DNA from: Halanaerobiales bacterium
GTDB taxonomy: Bacteria; Bacillota; Halanaerobiia; Halanaerobiales; DATFIM01
Length of the DNA: 47,288 nt
Direction of reading: 5' to 3'
Assembly: GCA_035270125.1 (NCBI GenBank)
Contig: DATFIM010000005.1
Span: 1-47,288, forward strand
In this document: in pieces, positions 1 through 9,694 of the stretch
Position numbering within the stretch: the first letter of the stretch is position 1
Layout: each line of letters begins with the position of its first letter
Position numbers and translations under genes: made by a program
Notes under the pieces: generated by a model
What the model was told of the DNA's origin: nothing
The model's database searches: none
Seen by the model: the letters and a program-made list of their open reading frames with translations, nothing else

Positions 1-9
1 CTTAAAATC

Positions 10-38
10 TTGACATATTTCAATATTTTTGGTATTAT
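10..38 (+). promoter_or_regulatory. SigA-type promoter upstream of the GntR-family gene
   Basis: TTGACA at 10-15, a 17-nt spacer, then TG-extended TATTAT at 33-38. A TGTCaGACA palindrome lies just downstream. Confidence 0.5.
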
Positions 39-150
39 TTAAACAGATGTCAGACAGGTATGATGACTTGTATTAAAATTAAATAATAAAAGTTTAGTTT
101 TTTTAAAATAATATTTAAATAATTCATAAAATTATGTAAAGGTGGTTTAT

Positions 151-894
151 ATGCCTACAATTAATGAGGATAAAAGGCCATTATATTTAAGAATTAAAGA
201 ATATTTAGAAAAAAAAATAGAAAATGGAAAATATAAAGCAGGAGATAAATTACCTTCTGAAAATAAGCTTTCTAAAAGTCTAGATGTTAGTAGAGCTTCA
301 CTTAGAGAAGCCTTGAGAGTTCTTGAAGAAGAAGGTAAAATTATTAAACAACAGGGGATTGGAACTTTTGTAAATAAACCAACCCCTAAATTTAAAAAAG
401 GTATTGAAAAATTAAATAGTGTTACTGAAACTATAGAAAATGAAGGATTTCAGGCAGGAACTAAGAAATTAAATATTAAGGAAATAAAAATTTCTGAATC
501 TTTAAAAGAGAAAATCTATGAAGTTAGTAATGAAAAAGTTGATAAAGTATTAAGAATTGAAAGAGTAAGAACAGCAAATAATACGCCAGTAGTTTATTGT
601 ATTGATCACCTGGTTTTAAAATATCTAGATAATAATTACAAAAAAGAATATTTTGAAAGTTCTTTATTTGATATCTTAAATAATAAATTTGAAATTAATG
701 TAAAAAGAGCTGTTACTAATATTGTTGCTGTTAAAGCCGATAAATATGTATCATCTTTTTTGAATATTAAAAAGAATTCACCCTTGCTTTTATTAGAACA
801 ATTTCATTATGATGAAAAAAATAGAATGATATTATTTTCTCAGAATTATTTTAGAAATGATCAATTTCAGTTTAAGGTTATGAGAAATAGATAA
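151..894 (+). CDS. GntR/HutC-family transcriptional regulator (winged HTH plus UTRA-like C-terminal domain)
   Basis: The N-terminus PLYLRIKEYLEKKIENGKYKAGDKLPSENKLSKSLDVSRASLREALRVLEEEG is a typical GntR HTH. ATG 151 is preferred over the track GTG 142 because AAAGGTGG lies 5 nt upstream. Confidence 0.85.
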   Translation: MPTINEDKRPLYLRIKEYLEKKIENGKYKAGDKLPSENKLSKSLDVSRASLREALRVLEEEGKIIKQQGIGTFVNKPTPKFKKGIEKLNSVTETIENEGFQAGTKKLNIKEIKISESLKEKIYEVSNEKVDKVLRIERVRTANNTPVVYCIDHLVLKYLDNNYKKEYFESSLFDILNNKFEINVKRAVTNIVAVKADKYVSSFLNIKKNSPLLLLEQFHYDEKNRMILFSQNYFRNDQFQFKVMRNR

Positions 895-928
895 TTATTA
901 CTTTATTTAGGATACTTGTTTGATGTTG

Positions 929-961
929 CAACTATAATCTAAAAATGATATATTATAGTTG
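929..961. promoter_or_regulatory. Perfect 10-bp inverted repeat (CAACTATAAT-N13-ATTATAGTTG), candidate operator
   Basis: The arms at 929-938 and 952-961 are exact reverse complements. The repeat sits between the GntR gene and the substrate-binding protein gene. Confidence 0.3.
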
Positions 962-1013
962 TAATTTATAAATTTTGGTACCATTTAAAAAAATATACAA
1001 GGGGGTTTTTATT

Positions 1014-2108
1014 TTGATTAAAAAAGTTTTAAGTATTTCTGTTGTTTTAGTTTTTGCTTTAATGATGGTGTTTTCTGCAGGTTCTCAGGTAGAAGCTCAG
1101 GACACTAAAGTTGGTATTGTTCTTTCTACTGGTGGTCTTGGTGATCTTTCTTTTAATGATGCTGCTTATGAAGGATTACAAAGAGCTGAAGATGAATTAG
1201 GTATTGAATTTGATTATGTAGAACCAGCAAATCCATCTGAAGATGAAACTGCTTTACGTCATTTTGCAGGTGGAGGATTTGATTTAGTAATTGGTGTTGG
1301 ATTTCAAATGGCAGACACTTTAGAATTAGTTGCTAAAGATTATCCAAATGTAAAATTTGCTCACATTGATCAGGATTTTGGAAAAGATATACCTGATAAT
1401 GTAGTATCCCTTAACTTTACTGAATGGGAAGGTTCTTTCCTAGCTGGTGCTTTAGCTGGTTTAGTAACTGAAACTGATGTTGTTGGTTATGTAGGTGGAG
1501 TTAACTCATCTCTAATTCACCGTTTTGAAGGTGGATTTTATCAGGGAGTAAAGCATGTGAATCCTGATGCAAAAGTTCAATCTCAATATGCTGATTCTTT
1601 TGGAGATCCGGCTAAAGGACGTGAAATTGCACTTGGTATGATTGATGATGGTGCCGATGTAATTTATCATGCTGCTGGTGGAACTGGTACTGGTGTATTC
1701 CAGGCAGCCCAAGAAGAAGATGTTTATGCAATAGGTGTAGATTCAAACCAAAACTTCATTCAACCAGGGCATGTAATTGCCAGTATGTTAAAAAGAGTAG
1801 ATAACGCAGTATTTAATACAGTTGAAGATGTTGTTGAAGGAGACTATGAAGGTGGCCGTAATCTATACTTCAGTTTAGCAGGTGGTGGAGTTGGTCTTAC
1901 AAATCTTACATCTATTACACCTGAAGAGAGACAGGCTTATGAAGATGGTATGATTAGTGAAGAAGAACTAAATACAATTGAAGAAATGAAGCAAGAAATA
2001 ACAGCGCCTTATGCTGATCGTATCAATGATATTAAACAAAAGATCATGAAAGGCGAAATAAAAGTAGAAAATTGGGGAGAAACTGGCAGACCTGAAGACC
2101 TTGAGTAA
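1014..2108 (+). CDS. BMP-family (basic membrane protein / nucleoside-type) ABC transporter substrate-binding protein
   Basis: Signal peptide ending VEA/QD, and BMP/PnrA-like motifs (GIVLSTGGLGDLSFND, GVDSNQ). TTG 1014 has AAGGGGG 8 nt upstream. The track start at 975 lacks an RBS. Confidence 0.88.
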   Translation: MIKKVLSISVVLVFALMMVFSAGSQVEAQDTKVGIVLSTGGLGDLSFNDAAYEGLQRAEDELGIEFDYVEPANPSEDETALRHFAGGGFDLVIGVGFQMADTLELVAKDYPNVKFAHIDQDFGKDIPDNVVSLNFTEWEGSFLAGALAGLVTETDVVGYVGGVNSSLIHRFEGGFYQGVKHVNPDAKVQSQYADSFGDPAKGREIALGMIDDGADVIYHAAGGTGTGVFQAAQEEDVYAIGVDSNQNFIQPGHVIASMLKRVDNAVFNTVEDVVEGDYEGGRNLYFSLAGGGVGLTNLTSITPEERQAYEDGMISEEELNTIEEMKQEITAPYADRINDIKQKIMKGEIKVENWGETGRPEDLE

Positions 2109-2134
2109 TTATTTAAAATCATATTTTAACTTAA

Positions 2135-2175
2135 GGGGCTCTGCAATTATGCAGGGCCTCACTTAAATTTTTAGT
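2135..2175 (+). terminator. Intra-operon hairpin/attenuator after the binding-protein gene
   Basis: GGGGCTCTGCA-ATTA-TGCAGGGCCTC stem, followed by ACTTAAATTTTT. Confidence 0.4.
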
Positions 2176-2195
2176 ATTTTCAGGGAGGAATAATA

Positions 2196-3743
2196 ATGTC
2201 CAGGGAAGAAAATTATATTTTGGAAATGAATAATATTACTAAATTATTTCCAGGTGTAAAAGCAAATGATAATGTTAATTTTTCAGTCAAAAAAGGTGAA
2301 ATCCATGCCCTAGTAGGTGAGAATGGTGCTGGTAAAACTACTTTGATGAAAGTTTTATATGGTTTATATGACCAGGATAATGGTGAAATTTTTTATAATG
2401 GAGAAAAAGTTAATTTAAAAGGTCCTCAAGATGCTATAGATCTAGGAATAGGTATGGTTCATCAACATTTTATGTTGGTTGATCCATTAACTGTTACTGA
2501 AAATATAGTACTTGGAAATGAGCCACGAAGTGGTATAATTCTTAATCAAAAGAAGGCTAAAGATAAGGTGAAAGAAATATCTGAAAAATATGGTCTTTAT
2601 GTTGATCCAGAGGCAGAAATAAGAGATATTTCTGTAGGTATGCAGCAAAGAGCTGAAATTATTAAAACTCTTTACCGGGGAGCTGAATTGTTGATTTTTG
2701 ATGAACCAACTGCTGTATTAACTCCTCAGGAAATTGATGAACTTTTTGAAATTTTTAAATCATTAAAAGAGCAGGGAAAAACTATTGTATTTATAACTCA
2801 TAAACTTCAAGAGGTAAAAGCAATTTCTGATAGAATAACAGTTTTACGTAATGGTAAAAGTGTTGATACAGTTGATACTGAAGATGTTACTGAAGAAGAT
2901 GTTGCAGAATTAATGGTAGGAAGACAGGTTCTATTAGAAGTTGAAAAAACCGAGGCAAATCCAGGTAAAAAAATATTTGAAGTTAATAATCTTAAGGTCA
3001 GTGATAATCGTGATATTCCAGCTGTAAGAGGTGTTTCATTAACAGTAAGAAAAGGAGAAATTCTTGGTATTGCAGGAGTAGAAGGAAACGGTCAAACTGA
3101 ATTAGTTGAAGCTTTAACTGGTATTAGAAAAATTGAAAGTGGAAAAGTTAAAGTAAGAGATAAAGATATTACTAAATTTGATGCTCGTGAAATAAAAAGA
3201 GAAAGTGTTGCTCATATTCCCGAAGATAGACAAAAACGTGGTTTGATTATGGATTTTAATCTTCAGGAAAATGTTATTTTGGGTTATCATGATTTAGAAC
3301 CATTCTCTCGAAATGGAATTATGAAATATAATAATATAGCTGATTATACTCAAAAGTTAATTGATGAATTTGATATTCGTGGTGGAGGAATGGAAGCAAA
3401 AGCTAAAAATCTTTCTGGTGGTAACCAACAAAAATTAATTGTTGCCCGTGAATTTTCACAGGATCCAGAGTTTTTAATTGCTTCACAACCTACTCGAGGA
3501 GTAGATGTTGGTTCAATTGAATTTATTCATAAGCAAATAATAGAAAGAAGAGATAATGGTGCTGGAGTATTGTTATTGTCTGCAGATCTTAGTGAAGTAT
3601 TATCATTAAGTGATAGAATAGCTGTTATTTTTGAAGGAGAAATAGTAGATGTATTAGATGCATCAGAAACTGATGAAAGAGAATTAGGGAAATTAATGAC
3701 TGGTTCAACTATTGATGCTGGAGGTGAAGATAGTGGAAAATAG
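2196..3743 (+). CDS. ABC transporter ATP-binding protein with two fused nucleotide-binding domains (sugar/nucleoside type)
   Basis: Walker [10 protein letters not shown], signature LSGGNQQK, and Walker B LLIFDEPT and [12 protein letters not shown]. The 515-aa length fits a duplicated ABC domain. Confidence 0.93.
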   Translation: MSREENYILEMNNITKLFPGVKANDNVNFSVKKGEIHALVGENGAGKTTLMKVLYGLYDQDNGEIFYNGEKVNLKGPQDAIDLGIGMVHQHFMLVDPLTVTENIVLGNEPRSGIILNQKKAKDKVKEISEKYGLYVDPEAEIRDISVGMQQRAEIIKTLYRGAELLIFDEPTAVLTPQEIDELFEIFKSLKEQGKTIVFITHKLQEVKAISDRITVLRNGKSVDTVDTEDVTEEDVAELMVGRQVLLEVEKTEANPGKKIFEVNNLKVSDNRDIPAVRGVSLTVRKGEILGIAGVEGNGQTELVEALTGIRKIESGKVKVRDKDITKFDAREIKRESVAHIPEDRQKRGLIMDFNLQENVILGYHDLEPFSRNGIMKYNNIADYTQKLIDEFDIRGGGMEAKAKNLSGGNQQKLIVAREFSQDPEFLIASQPTRGVDVGSIEFIHKQIIERRDNGAGVLLLSADLSEVLSLSDRIAVIFEGEIVDVLDASETDERELGKLMTGSTIDAGGEDSGK

Positions 3744-4845
3744 ATGGGATCATATTAAATCGATGATGACCAATTTTGGTATTTCATTATTATCTATTGT
3801 AGTTGCATTAATATTTGGTATATTTTTTATATTATTAACAGACCAATCACCTGTTACTGCTTATCAGGCTCTATATCATGGAGCATTTGGTAGTTTTAGT
3901 AATATTTTAAATACCCTCTGGCGTTCTACACCATTAATTTTAACCGGACTTGCTTTTGCCTTACCTTTTAGAGCAGGTTTGATTAATATTGGTGCTGAAG
4001 GACAACTTCTAATGGGAGGTTTTGCTGCTGGTGTTGCTGGTTATGTTTTTACTTCTTTACCAGGTTTTATTCATTTACCTCTTGCAATTTTAATAGGTAT
4101 GTTAGCCGGAGCTTTATGGGGAGGATTACCTGGGTTATTAAAAGCTAAATTTGGCTCAAATGAGGTTATTACTACTATTATGTTAAATCATATAGCAATT
4201 GCTCTGACAATTAATTATGGAATTAATAAATTAAGAACTTCTAGTAGAATGGCTACTCCAGAAATTGAACCTTCTGCTGCGTTATTAAGATTTAAGGAAA
4301 TCCCAAAACATCCTATTTGGGGTAAGTTACCTTTTGCTGATATTTTTACCAATCCAGGTATCAGGTTACATATGAACTTTGTACTTGCCATAATTGCTGC
4401 TATTATTCTCTGGTATATATTATTTAAAACAACTCTTGGTTATGAAATGAGAGCTGTAGGATTTAATAGTGATGGTGCTGAATATGGTGGTATTAAGCCT
4501 GGAAAAAGTATGTTTATCACAATGTTTCTTGGTGGAGCTGTAGCAGGTTTAGCTGGTGCAGGAGAGGCCTTAGGAACTCATCTTAGCTTTATGTCCGGTA
4601 TGGATGCTGGCTATGGTTTTACAGGTATAGCAGTTGCTTTGATTGGTCAAACTCATCCAATTGGAGTAATTTTTGGTGGACTTTTATTTGGAGCTTTAAA
4701 TCAGGGTGGTTTAGAAATGCAATTTGCAGGTGTGCCTTCAGAGATAGTTAATATTATTCAGGCACTTGTTATTTTCTTTGTAGCCAGTTTGCAGATTTTA
4801 AAAATGTATCTACGTAAACGTAAAGAAAAAGAGGGGGTTGAATAA
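3733..4845 (+). CDS. ABC transporter permease (BMP/nucleoside system)
   Basis: Polytopic hydrophobic protein. GTG 3733 has GGAGGTGA 5 nt upstream. The start is uncertain (the track gives TTG 3712). Confidence 0.85.
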   Translation: MENRWDHIKSMMTNFGISLLSIVVALIFGIFFILLTDQSPVTAYQALYHGAFGSFSNILNTLWRSTPLILTGLAFALPFRAGLINIGAEGQLLMGGFAAGVAGYVFTSLPGFIHLPLAILIGMLAGALWGGLPGLLKAKFGSNEVITTIMLNHIAIALTINYGINKLRTSSRMATPEIEPSAALLRFKEIPKHPIWGKLPFADIFTNPGIRLHMNFVLAIIAAIILWYILFKTTLGYEMRAVGFNSDGAEYGGIKPGKSMFITMFLGGAVAGLAGAGEALGTHLSFMSGMDAGYGFTGIAVALIGQTHPIGVIFGGLLFGALNQGGLEMQFAGVPSEIVNIIQALVIFFVASLQILKMYLRKRKEKEGVE

Positions 4846-5744
4846 TGGATACTATAAAAGAAATGCTATCACTTTCTTTAATACTAGCAAGTTTTCGCTT
4901 TGCAACCCCATTAATTTTAGCAGCTCTTGGTGGTATATTTTCAGAACGATCAGGAGTTATTAATATAGCTTTAGAAGGTATGATGCTTTTTGGGGCATTT
5001 GCAGCTGCTTATGGAAGTTCTATAAATGGTAATCCATGGACAGGTGTTTTATTTGCAATAATTGCAGGATTGATGTTTGGAGCTATACATGCACTTGTTT
5101 GTGTTGTTTTTAAAGCTGATCAAATTGTAGTAGGAACTGGTATTAATATATTTGCAACAGGACTTACTATATTTCTTTTACAGGTTTTATTTAATGTAAA
5201 AGGTACATCTCCAATGGTTGCTCGGTTACCTTTTATGAGAATTTTTGATGTAAGATTTAGTGTATTAACTTATGTAGCCCTTATTTTAGTTCCAATAGTT
5301 TGGTATTTTTTCTTTAAAACAAGTTGGGGTTTAAGAATAAGATCTATTGGAGAGCATCCAGCAGCAGCTGATACATTAGGTGTGAAAGTTAATCGCTGGC
5401 GTTTTATTTCTGTGCTCATGAGTGGTGTTTTAGCCGGTCTAGCAGGTGCTCATTTGTCTATCGGTGATGGAAGTGCATTTGTTCGTGAAATGTCGGCAGG
5501 ACGAGGTTTTATAGCATTAGCTGCAATGATATTTGGCAAATGGCATCCAGTAGGTGCTTTTGGAGCTGCTATGTTATTTGGATATGCAGAAGCAGTTGCT
5601 GTACGAGTAGATTTTCCATTTATTCCATCAGAATTAATTAGTGCAATACCATATATTTTAACTATTGTTATTTTAGCTGGATTTTTTGGTAAATCAACTC
5701 CACCTGCAGCAGATGGAGAACCTTATACTAAAGGTGAAAATTAA
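4845..5744 (+). CDS. ABC transporter permease (second membrane subunit)
   Basis: Polytopic hydrophobic protein. Its ATG overlaps the upstream stop codon (TAATG). Confidence 0.9.
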   Translation: MDTIKEMLSLSLILASFRFATPLILAALGGIFSERSGVINIALEGMMLFGAFAAAYGSSINGNPWTGVLFAIIAGLMFGAIHALVCVVFKADQIVVGTGINIFATGLTIFLLQVLFNVKGTSPMVARLPFMRIFDVRFSVLTYVALILVPIVWYFFFKTSWGLRIRSIGEHPAAADTLGVKVNRWRFISVLMSGVLAGLAGAHLSIGDGSAFVREMSAGRGFIALAAMIFGKWHPVGAFGAAMLFGYAEAVAVRVDFPFIPSELISAIPYILTIVILAGFFGKSTPPAADGEPYTKGEN

Positions 5745-5799
5745 TATTATTCTATTATATAATATAAAATTATTTGAAGACAGCTTTAATTGATTAGTT

Positions 5800-5858
5800 C
5801 CCCTTATGATAGACAGATTTAATAAAAATAATCTGTTTATTAGAAAGGGGATTTTTTT
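5800..5858 (+). terminator. Intrinsic terminator of the ABC operon
   Basis: CCCCTT...ACAGATT / AATCTGT...AAGGGG interrupted stem, followed by T7. Confidence 0.6.
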
Positions 5859-5968
5859 ATATTTATAAAAGATAAATTAGATTTTTGTTTATTTAGATAA
5901 AGGATATTTACTCTTATTTATTGAATATATTAAAAGAGAAGTAATTTAAATAAGGAGGTATCTGATTT

Positions 5969-6901
5969 TTGAATATAGGAAATGAATTACAAAAAGCTAG
6001 AAAAGAAAATGGATTATCAATTGAAGAACTTCAAAAGAAAACAAAAATAAGAAAAAAGTATTTAATTGCATTAGAAAATAATGATTTTTCTGAAATTAAA
6101 GGGGATGTGTATGTAAAATCATTTATTAAAGGTTATGCTAGAGCAATTGGTATTAATCCAGATCCATTTATTTACGAATATGAACAGTATATAAGCAACA
6201 AAAAACCTGATGAAGAAAATAAAGATGCAGAATTAAATAATATGGATTTAAATAAAAATAATTATTTTAAAAAAATTGCAATAATTATATTAATTATCAT
6301 TTTTATGGGTACGATAGGATTTTTTATTTATAATAATTATATTGCAAATTCAGATACTACAATAGAAAATTCTAATGTAAAATTAGAAAATAGCTTAGAT
6401 GATAATATTAATTTAAATGAAAATGAAATTGATAGTATTACTAGTATTGAAAAAAACAAATTTAATATCAGTGGAAATAGTTATGAATCTAAAAATAATT
6501 TTGATTTAGAGGAAAATGATATTATTTTTGATATTCCAGATAATTTTAATAAAAATAATGATGTGAGTAAAAAATCTACAAGAAATGAAAAAGATGATAA
6601 CATTCCAGATAAAACTGAGGAAAAAGAAAATATAAATATTAAAATAGTTGCAAGACAAAAAAGCTGGTTAAGGGTTACTTTAAATAAAAAAAATAACAAT
6701 GATATTTTATATGAAGGTTTTATGAATAATAATCAAGAAGAAGATTTTATTTTTAATAATGATAATAGTATAACACTAAGAATTGGCAATGGTGCAGGAA
6801 TTTATATTTTATATAATGAAGAAAAATATGGACCCTGGGGAGAAAGAGGAGAAATAATAGAAAAAAATATTTTTTATAAAAATAAATTACAAATAAAATA
6901 A
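5969..6901 (+). CDS. rodZ: RodZ-like cytoskeleton/shape protein (XRE HTH, one TM segment, Asn/Asp-rich linker, DUF4115-like C-terminus)
   Basis: N-terminal GNELQKARKENGLSIEELQKKTKIRKKYLIALE, TM segment IAIIILIIIFMGTIGFFIY, and C-terminal WLRVTL...LRIGNGAGIYILYN. TTG start with AAGGAGG 10 nt upstream. Confidence 0.78.
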   Translation: MNIGNELQKARKENGLSIEELQKKTKIRKKYLIALENNDFSEIKGDVYVKSFIKGYARAIGINPDPFIYEYEQYISNKKPDEENKDAELNNMDLNKNNYFKKIAIIILIIIFMGTIGFFIYNNYIANSDTTIENSNVKLENSLDDNINLNENEIDSITSIEKNKFNISGNSYESKNNFDLEENDIIFDIPDNFNKNNDVSKKSTRNEKDDNIPDKTEEKENINIKIVARQKSWLRVTLNKKNNNDILYEGFMNNNQEEDFIFNNDNSITLRIGNGAGIYILYNEEKYGPWGERGEIIEKNIFYKNKLQIK

Positions 6902-6922
6902 AAAGTTTTACATAAAGTAAAA

Positions 6923-6942
6923 AAACCAGAATTAACTGGTTT
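6923..6942. terminator. Weak bidirectional hairpin between convergent rodZ and the tRNA cluster
   Basis: AAACCAG-AATTAA-CTGGTTT, flanked by A and T runs. Confidence 0.35.
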
Positions 6943-6947
6943 AAAAA

Positions 6948-7032
6948 TGGTGGAGGGGAGAGGATTTGAACCTCTGTAGGCATCGCCGGCAGATTTACAG
7001 TCTGCTCCCTTTAGCCACTCGGGCACCCCTCC
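6948..7032 (-). tRNA. tRNA-Tyr(GTA), long variable arm, CCA encoded
   Basis: The reverse complement GGAGGGGTGCCCGAGTGG...GCAGACTGTAAATCTGC...CCCCTCCACCA folds as a cloverleaf with anticodon GTA. Confidence 0.9.
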
Positions 7033-7037
7033 AAATA

Positions 7038-7113
7038 TGGTACCCTCAAGGGGATTCGAACCCCTGTCGCCAGGATGAAAACCTGGTATCCTGGACCACT
7101 AGACGATGAGGGC
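7038..7113 (-). tRNA. tRNA-Glu(TTC), CCA encoded
   Basis: The reverse complement is GCCCTCATCGTCTAGTGGTCCAGGATACCAGGTTTTCATCCTGGCGACAGGGGTTCGAATCCCCTTGAGGGTACCA. The anticodon loop is TTTTCAT. Confidence 0.9.
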
Positions 7114-7127
7114 AAAATTTTAAAAAA

Positions 7128-7204
7128 TGGTCGGGCTGCTCGGATTTGAACCGAGGACCCCCTGCTCCCAAAGCAGGTGCGCTACCAAACTGCGCCACAG
7201 CCCG
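7128..7204 (-). tRNA. tRNA-Pro(TGG), CCA encoded
   Basis: The reverse complement is CGGGCTGTGGCGCAGTTTGGTAGCGCACCTGCTTTGGGAGCAGG...CAGCCCGACCA. The anticodon loop is TTTGGGA. Confidence 0.9.
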
Positions 7205-7223
7205 TTATCACGACGCAAGTATT

Positions 7224-7252
7224 AGTATATATAAAAACCCGGCTTAGGTCAA
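7224..7252 (-). promoter_or_regulatory. Promoter of the tRNA-Pro/Glu/Tyr operon
   Basis: On the minus strand: TTGACC, 17-nt spacer, TATACT, about 20 nt before the tRNA-Pro 5' end. Confidence 0.55.
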
Positions 7253-7418
7253 TGTTAATTATAACATAATAAGCATAATGAGAATAAATTAGCTGATTTA
7301 TACTCAATAATACTCTATCTTATACAAACAAGTAAAATGTGATATTTAAAATTGAATTTTAATACTGTATAATAAATAGACAAAGAAAAAAATGATTATA
7401 TGAAAGGAGTGTTAAGAT

Positions 7419-8180
7419 ATGAAAATACTTTTAACAAATGATGATGGTATATATGCTGATGGTATTCAGACTTTAGCTAAAGCTTTAGCTAAGGGGGACC
7501 ATGAAATAGTGATGGTTGCACCAGATAGAGAAAGAAGTGCTTCTGCTCATTCAATTACTATTAATGATCCTTTAAGAGCCAAAGAAGTAGAATTTAAAAA
7601 GATACCTAATATAAAAAGTTATAAAATTGATGGTACACCTGCTGATTGTGTTAAATTAGGTATTGAAAAATTTATTAATTTTGAACCAGATTTAATTATT
7701 TCAGGAATAAATGCTGGCGGTAATTTAGGATATGATGTTTTGTATTCTGGAACTGTTTCAGCTGCAATTGAAGCCTGGATGATGGGTTATAATTCTATAG
7801 CAGTTTCATTAGTAATGGATGAATTACGCAATTTTGAAATGGCTGCAAATTTTGTAGCAGATTTTCTTAATAAATTAAAATTAAATTTATTACCAGAAAG
7901 AATGTTATTGAACATAAATGTTCCAGATATAATTGAAGAAAATCTTGATGGTACTTATATTGCTGATCTTGGTAGTAGTAACTATGTTGATACTTTTGAA
8001 AAAAGAGTTGATCCTATGGGGGAAGATTATTATTGGTTATCAGGAAGGACTACAGAAGAGTTTTCTTACAATACTGATATTTGGGCTGTTAATCATAACA
8101 AAGTCGCCCTTACTCCTCTTAAAATTGATTTAACTAATGTTTCTCAAAAAGAGGTAATCCAAAAAATACTGAAAAGTTAA
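7419..8180 (+). CDS. surE: 5'/3'-nucleotidase SurE
   Basis: MKILLTNDDGIYADGI N-terminus and GINAGGNLG motif. Confidence 0.93.
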   Translation: MKILLTNDDGIYADGIQTLAKALAKGDHEIVMVAPDRERSASAHSITINDPLRAKEVEFKKIPNIKSYKIDGTPADCVKLGIEKFINFEPDLIISGINAGGNLGYDVLYSGTVSAAIEAWMMGYNSIAVSLVMDELRNFEMAANFVADFLNKLKLNLLPERMLLNINVPDIIEENLDGTYIADLGSSNYVDTFEKRVDPMGEDYYWLSGRTTEEFSYNTDIWAVNHNKVALTPLKIDLTNVSQKEVIQKILKS

Positions 8181-8217
8181 TTATGAGGTGATCTTAATTA
8201 AAGATAAAGGAAAAGTA

Positions 8218-8673
8218 ATGTATATAAAAAAACTAGATAAAAAAGCACTAAATAACTGGGTGTCTCCTGAGTTAAAGGCTCTGAGTTTTATAGAATTGAA
8301 AAATCCGACTGAAATATTAAATTTTATAAATAATTGCACTAATTATTGTGAAATTAACTATAATAAAGAAAAAATTGAAGATATTATCTACAGTAATAGA
8401 TATTTAGCTTACATTTATTATAAAAATGACAATCCACTTGGCTTTTTAATTTCAGATATAAGTGTAAAAGATAATAAAAAAATATTAAAAATAGAAAACG
8501 TTGGTATTTTAAATAAATATATAGAAAAATCACATGAATTAGATTTTATAAAAAGTATTATATTTAAAGCCTGGGAAAAGAAAGGTATTGATAAAATTAT
8601 AATAACTTTTAAATCTACTGAAAACAAGATGAAAGAAATTATGAAAGATTTAGAGTTCAGAAAAGAATATTGA
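8218..8673 (+). CDS. Hypothetical protein, possibly a degenerate GNAT-like fold
   Basis: The ORF has Lys/Asn-rich composition typical of this genome. ATG 8218 follows AAAGGAAAAG. No diagnostic motif was recognised. Confidence 0.5.
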   Translation: MYIKKLDKKALNNWVSPELKALSFIELKNPTEILNFINNCTNYCEINYNKEKIEDIIYSNRYLAYIYYKNDNPLGFLISDISVKDNKKILKIENVGILNKYIEKSHELDFIKSIIFKAWEKKGIDKIIITFKSTENKMKEIMKDLEFRKEY

Positions 8674-8686
8674 AAGAGAGGAAATT

Positions 8687-9076
8687 ATGTTTATTAAATT
8701 ATTAATTGTTTTTGCAACTGTACCTTTGATTGAGTTAGCATTATTAATAAAAATAGGAGAGTTCATCGGTATTATTCCAACTATTATTATTGTTGGTTCT
8801 ACAGGTATTATTGGTATAACTCTTGCTCGAAGTCAGGGCTATCAAGTTATTAAAAAAATAAAAAATAAAATTGAGTTAGGTAAATTACCAGCTGATGATT
8901 TAATTGGTGGTGTTTTGATATTAATTGGAGGAACAATGCTACTTACCCCGGGAATATTAACTGATATAACTGGATTTAGTTTAATTTTTCCAATAACCAG
9001 AAGTGTTTTTGTAAAAATTGCAAAAAACAAAATAAAAAAATATATTGAAAATAATCGCAGGGGGATTGAAATATGA
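8687..9076 (+). CDS. fxsA: FxsA-family membrane protein (UPF0716)
   Basis: PLIELALLIKIGEFIG and LLTPGILTD-ITGF motifs, with 3-4 TM segments. Confidence 0.8.
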   Translation: MFIKLLIVFATVPLIELALLIKIGEFIGIIPTIIIVGSTGIIGITLARSQGYQVIKKIKNKIELGKLPADDLIGGVLILIGGTMLLTPGILTDITGFSLIFPITRSVFVKIAKNKIKKYIENNRRGIEI

Positions 9077-9654
9077 AGGATTTGAGTTTAATACAGGGTG
9101 TAGAGTATTCTCATCAAATACTTAAAAAGTATATTGAAAAAAAAGATGTAGTTATTGATGCAACAGTGGGTAATGGAAATGATACTTTGTTTTTAGCAAA
9201 ATTAGTTGGGAAAAATGGAAAAATATATGGTTTTGATATTCAAAGAAAAGCTATTAGAAATACCAGGAATAAACTAGTTGAAAATAATTATAGTAAAAGA
9301 GTTAAATTAATTGAAGATGGTCATGAGAATATGAAAGATCATATTGAAAATGAAGATATTTCAGCTATATTATTTAATTTAGGATATTTACCAGGAAGTG
9401 ATAAAAAAATAATTACACGTCCTAATACGACTCTAAAAGCTATAAAAAATGGTTTAGAAATTCTTATAGATGGAGGTATTATTGTTATTGTTATTTATCC
9501 AGGTCATGAAGGCGGAAAAATCGAAAAAGAAAAAATTATTGAATATGCCTCTGACTTAGATAGGAAAAAATATAATGTTCTTCATTATTATTATTTAAAC
9601 CAGGAAAATAAACCTCCAGAAGTATTAGTTATTAGAAAACGTTTAAATATCTAA
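9073..9654 (+). CDS. mnmM: YtqB/MnmM-like class I SAM-dependent (tRNA) methyltransferase
   Basis: VVIDATVGNGNDTLFLAKLVG...GFDIQ...FNLGYLPG.DK..IT closely parallels B. subtilis YtqB as I recall it. The start overlaps the fxsA stop. Confidence 0.72.
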   Translation: MKDLSLIQGVEYSHQILKKYIEKKDVVIDATVGNGNDTLFLAKLVGKNGKIYGFDIQRKAIRNTRNKLVENNYSKRVKLIEDGHENMKDHIENEDISAILFNLGYLPGSDKKIITRPNTTLKAIKNGLEILIDGGIIVIVIYPGHEGGKIEKEKIIEYASDLDRKKYNVLHYYYLNQENKPPEVLVIRKRLNI

Positions 9655-9694
9655 AAATTTTATTATAAAGATTTAATAATTTGGGAGGAATACT

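Noticed and set aside
1512-1712. Antisense or alternative-frame ORFs from the six-frame track that lie inside well-supported genes. This one is representative; the others are 6481-6699, 8418-8627, 8842-9030, 11892-12176, 12573-12764, 25922-26215, 27536-27721, 29757-29957, 35632-35832, 40896-41123 and 44949-45131.
   Set aside because: Each lies wholly within a gene that has strong family motifs on the other strand. They lack RBS sequences, and their products are Ile/Phe/Leu/Asn-rich, as expected from reading AT-rich coding DNA backwards.
6753-6983. A 76-aa minus-strand ORF spanning the rodZ 3' end and the start of the tRNA cluster.
   Set aside because: It overlaps tRNA-Tyr (6948-7032) and the rodZ C-terminal DUF4115-like region. 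It has no RBS and a low-complexity product.
7933-8133. A 66-aa same-strand alternative-frame ORF inside surE.
   Set aside because: It is fully embedded in surE, whose frame carries the conserved SurE motifs. The alternative frame is a hydrophobic low-complexity artefact.
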